Origin: Camelus dromedarius | Lineage: Eukaryota | DNA length: 64,000 bases | Direction of reading: 5' to 3' | Assembly (NCBI RefSeq): GCF_036321535.1 | Contig: NC_087436.1 | Location: forward strand, 33,048,001 to 33,112,000 | Notes under the pieces: model-generated | Seen by the model: only the letters and a program-made list of their open reading frames with translations | Database searches by the model: none | Told to the model about the DNA's origin: nothing | In this document: piece after piece, positions 62,301 through 64,000 of the stretch | Numbering within the stretch: the stretch's first letter is position 1 | Layout: each line of letters opens with the position of its first letter | Program-made: the position numbers and the translations under genes

Positions 62301-63835
62301 AGACAAATAATTTTCATGTTAGACAAATAAAAAGTAATAGAGTAAGTACTCAGATTGTTCTGGTTTCAAATAATGCTACTTTTTCATCAATTAATGTAGT
62401 TGAATCCTTGCAGATAGAGCTTTATGCAGTCTAGATTATGCCTATTTGTCTTTAGACTAGGGAACAGACTCTTCATCCAGACAGAAAATGGCTAAGCTAA
62501 GATTTAAACACAGGGTTTCCTGCTCCAGATTCTGTGATCTGCATGTTTTATTAACTTCTTTATCAAGTTTAAGATTAAGAAACAAAGTAAAATACAAATA
62601 ATTTGGGGCCCTAAGCTCCCTTTGATCAGTGACTTCTCTAAAATATTACTAGGCTTTTGTTTTTTTTTTTGCTTTAATCATTTATACCCACCCCCACCCC
62701 CCCACCCCCCGTTTTGTTTCTACTAATCATAGTTTTGGATTCAGTGGTCTCTGGTATCAATTTTATCTGCAAATCTATATTTTTAGTAAGTTTTATTGCT
62801 ATTATTGTCTAGCATTGGAATCTTAAAGCTCCATATTCTCTCCCAGAGCTTTATTTTATGTTGCCTCTAGTCATCCGCAGGAAATGGGATATATGACCTT
62901 AGGCATCTTCATGGTAGTTTTTCCTGCCACTTTCTTCTGTCTATTCTATACAGCTGCCTAATGAGTCATTTCAGTGTCCACTTCATATTTCCCAGCTGCA
63001 TTTCATTTAGTTACACAATGTACTGCACATGCGTGAAGAAACACTTCTTACCAAGTTTGTGTTCAAGAATGCTTAGATTAGTGGGTGGCTTGAAGGGAAG
63101 GGGGAGGAGGATGACAGAAAGAAATTAATGGGTTCCCCACAGAAAAGTAATATTTTAAAATGCACAATAAAGAATTTCTTATAACCCAAATCACCCGACA
63201 ACATCCATAATATAGTTTGAACATACACTTATCTAACTTTTGAAACAACTCTTAATTTATTAAAGTGAAAGTTCTTGTTAGCATTTGCTTCAGCTTGCAT
63301 AAGAGAGGTAAATGATTGGTTTTAAAATGTTTGATAATACAGGGTTAATTAATGGGTCTTAGGGGCTTAGGATTCTTATGGATGATATTTTGAAATCTAT
63401 AATACAAGCTTTAAAGCACCACCTGCAGAATGAAAAAGTGTTCTGGTGCTTGAAATATATTGATATGAGCTAAAGTGACACTCATAAATTTTGTTCTGTT
63501 TCTCTTCTGAACAAACATAGCTTAGGGTTATATAATGTGTTTCTGGGGTGGTCTTGATCATTGTGCTGTCAGAGAGCAGTATGCTATGTTGTTCCAGAAA
63601 TAGAGATGTGATACATTATATGCTGGGAAGAGATTTTTGTGATATTCCAGCAATATTCTCCCTGCCTTTGGGTACAAATTTTACTTTAATATAGAATAAA
63701 CAAAATATTATTAATAAATTAAACAATGGAAGAAGCTTACCTAAAAATTTTTCTTAAAGGATTAGACAGGCTCTCTGAACTAAACATACCATGGTAGAGC
63801 AAATGAAATTACTGTAGGTTAGAGAACATTCCCTT

Positions 63836-64000
63836 CAGAAGTTGTAAATGATGGCCCAATGGCTGGTTTTGGCTTGTAGATGTTTGGCCCACACCCCGTT
63901 TTTTAACAATGGAATTAGTTTCCAACATTCAAAAATTGGATGATTTGACCTAAAAACCAGATTTTTGGCTTCTCTTGAAAAATCAGAAGGTCTGGCAACA
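63836..64000 (+). mobile_element. MER102-like hAT-Charlie element, cut by the window end
   Basis: 'cagaagttgtaaa...tggccc...gaattagtttccaacattcaaaaattgg...ggcttctcttgaaaaatcagaaggtctggcaaca'. Confidence 0.75.

Noticed and set aside
1..64000. CRISPR arrays, operons, rRNA or a novel multi-gene system
   Set aside because: The sequence is mammalian and repeat-rich; no repeat-spacer arrays, rRNA or gene-dense coding regions were seen.

Overview
AT-rich, CpG-poor mammalian genomic DNA. A Vic-1-type tRNA-derived SINE and the 3' UTR of the youngest L1 point to a camelid (camel, alpaca or llama). I cannot support any protein-coding gene: the long ORFs in the track are L1 ORF1/ORF2 remnants, or chance ORFs in repeats or unique DNA. 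A large part of the window is interspersed repeats (L1 of several ages, L2, MIR, MER41-like, MER21, LTR16, MLT1 and MLT2 LTRs, hAT and Tigger DNA transposons) plus microsatellites. T-over-A excess on + (judged by eye) and mostly antisense L1s suggest a large intron of an unidentified + strand gene. The most interesting items are: a MER41-like LTR that keeps its STAT/GAS motif; a candidate 9-nt microexon in a splice-signal-dense unique block; an L1 with both termini and a likely TSD but most of its coding core deleted, lying head-to-head with a second internally deleted L1; a possible unidentified retrocopy; and several isolated exon-like segments. I found no convincing novel multi-gene system. 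Repeat family names come from my recall of consensus sequences, not a database search, and boundaries are approximate unless a TSD is quoted.
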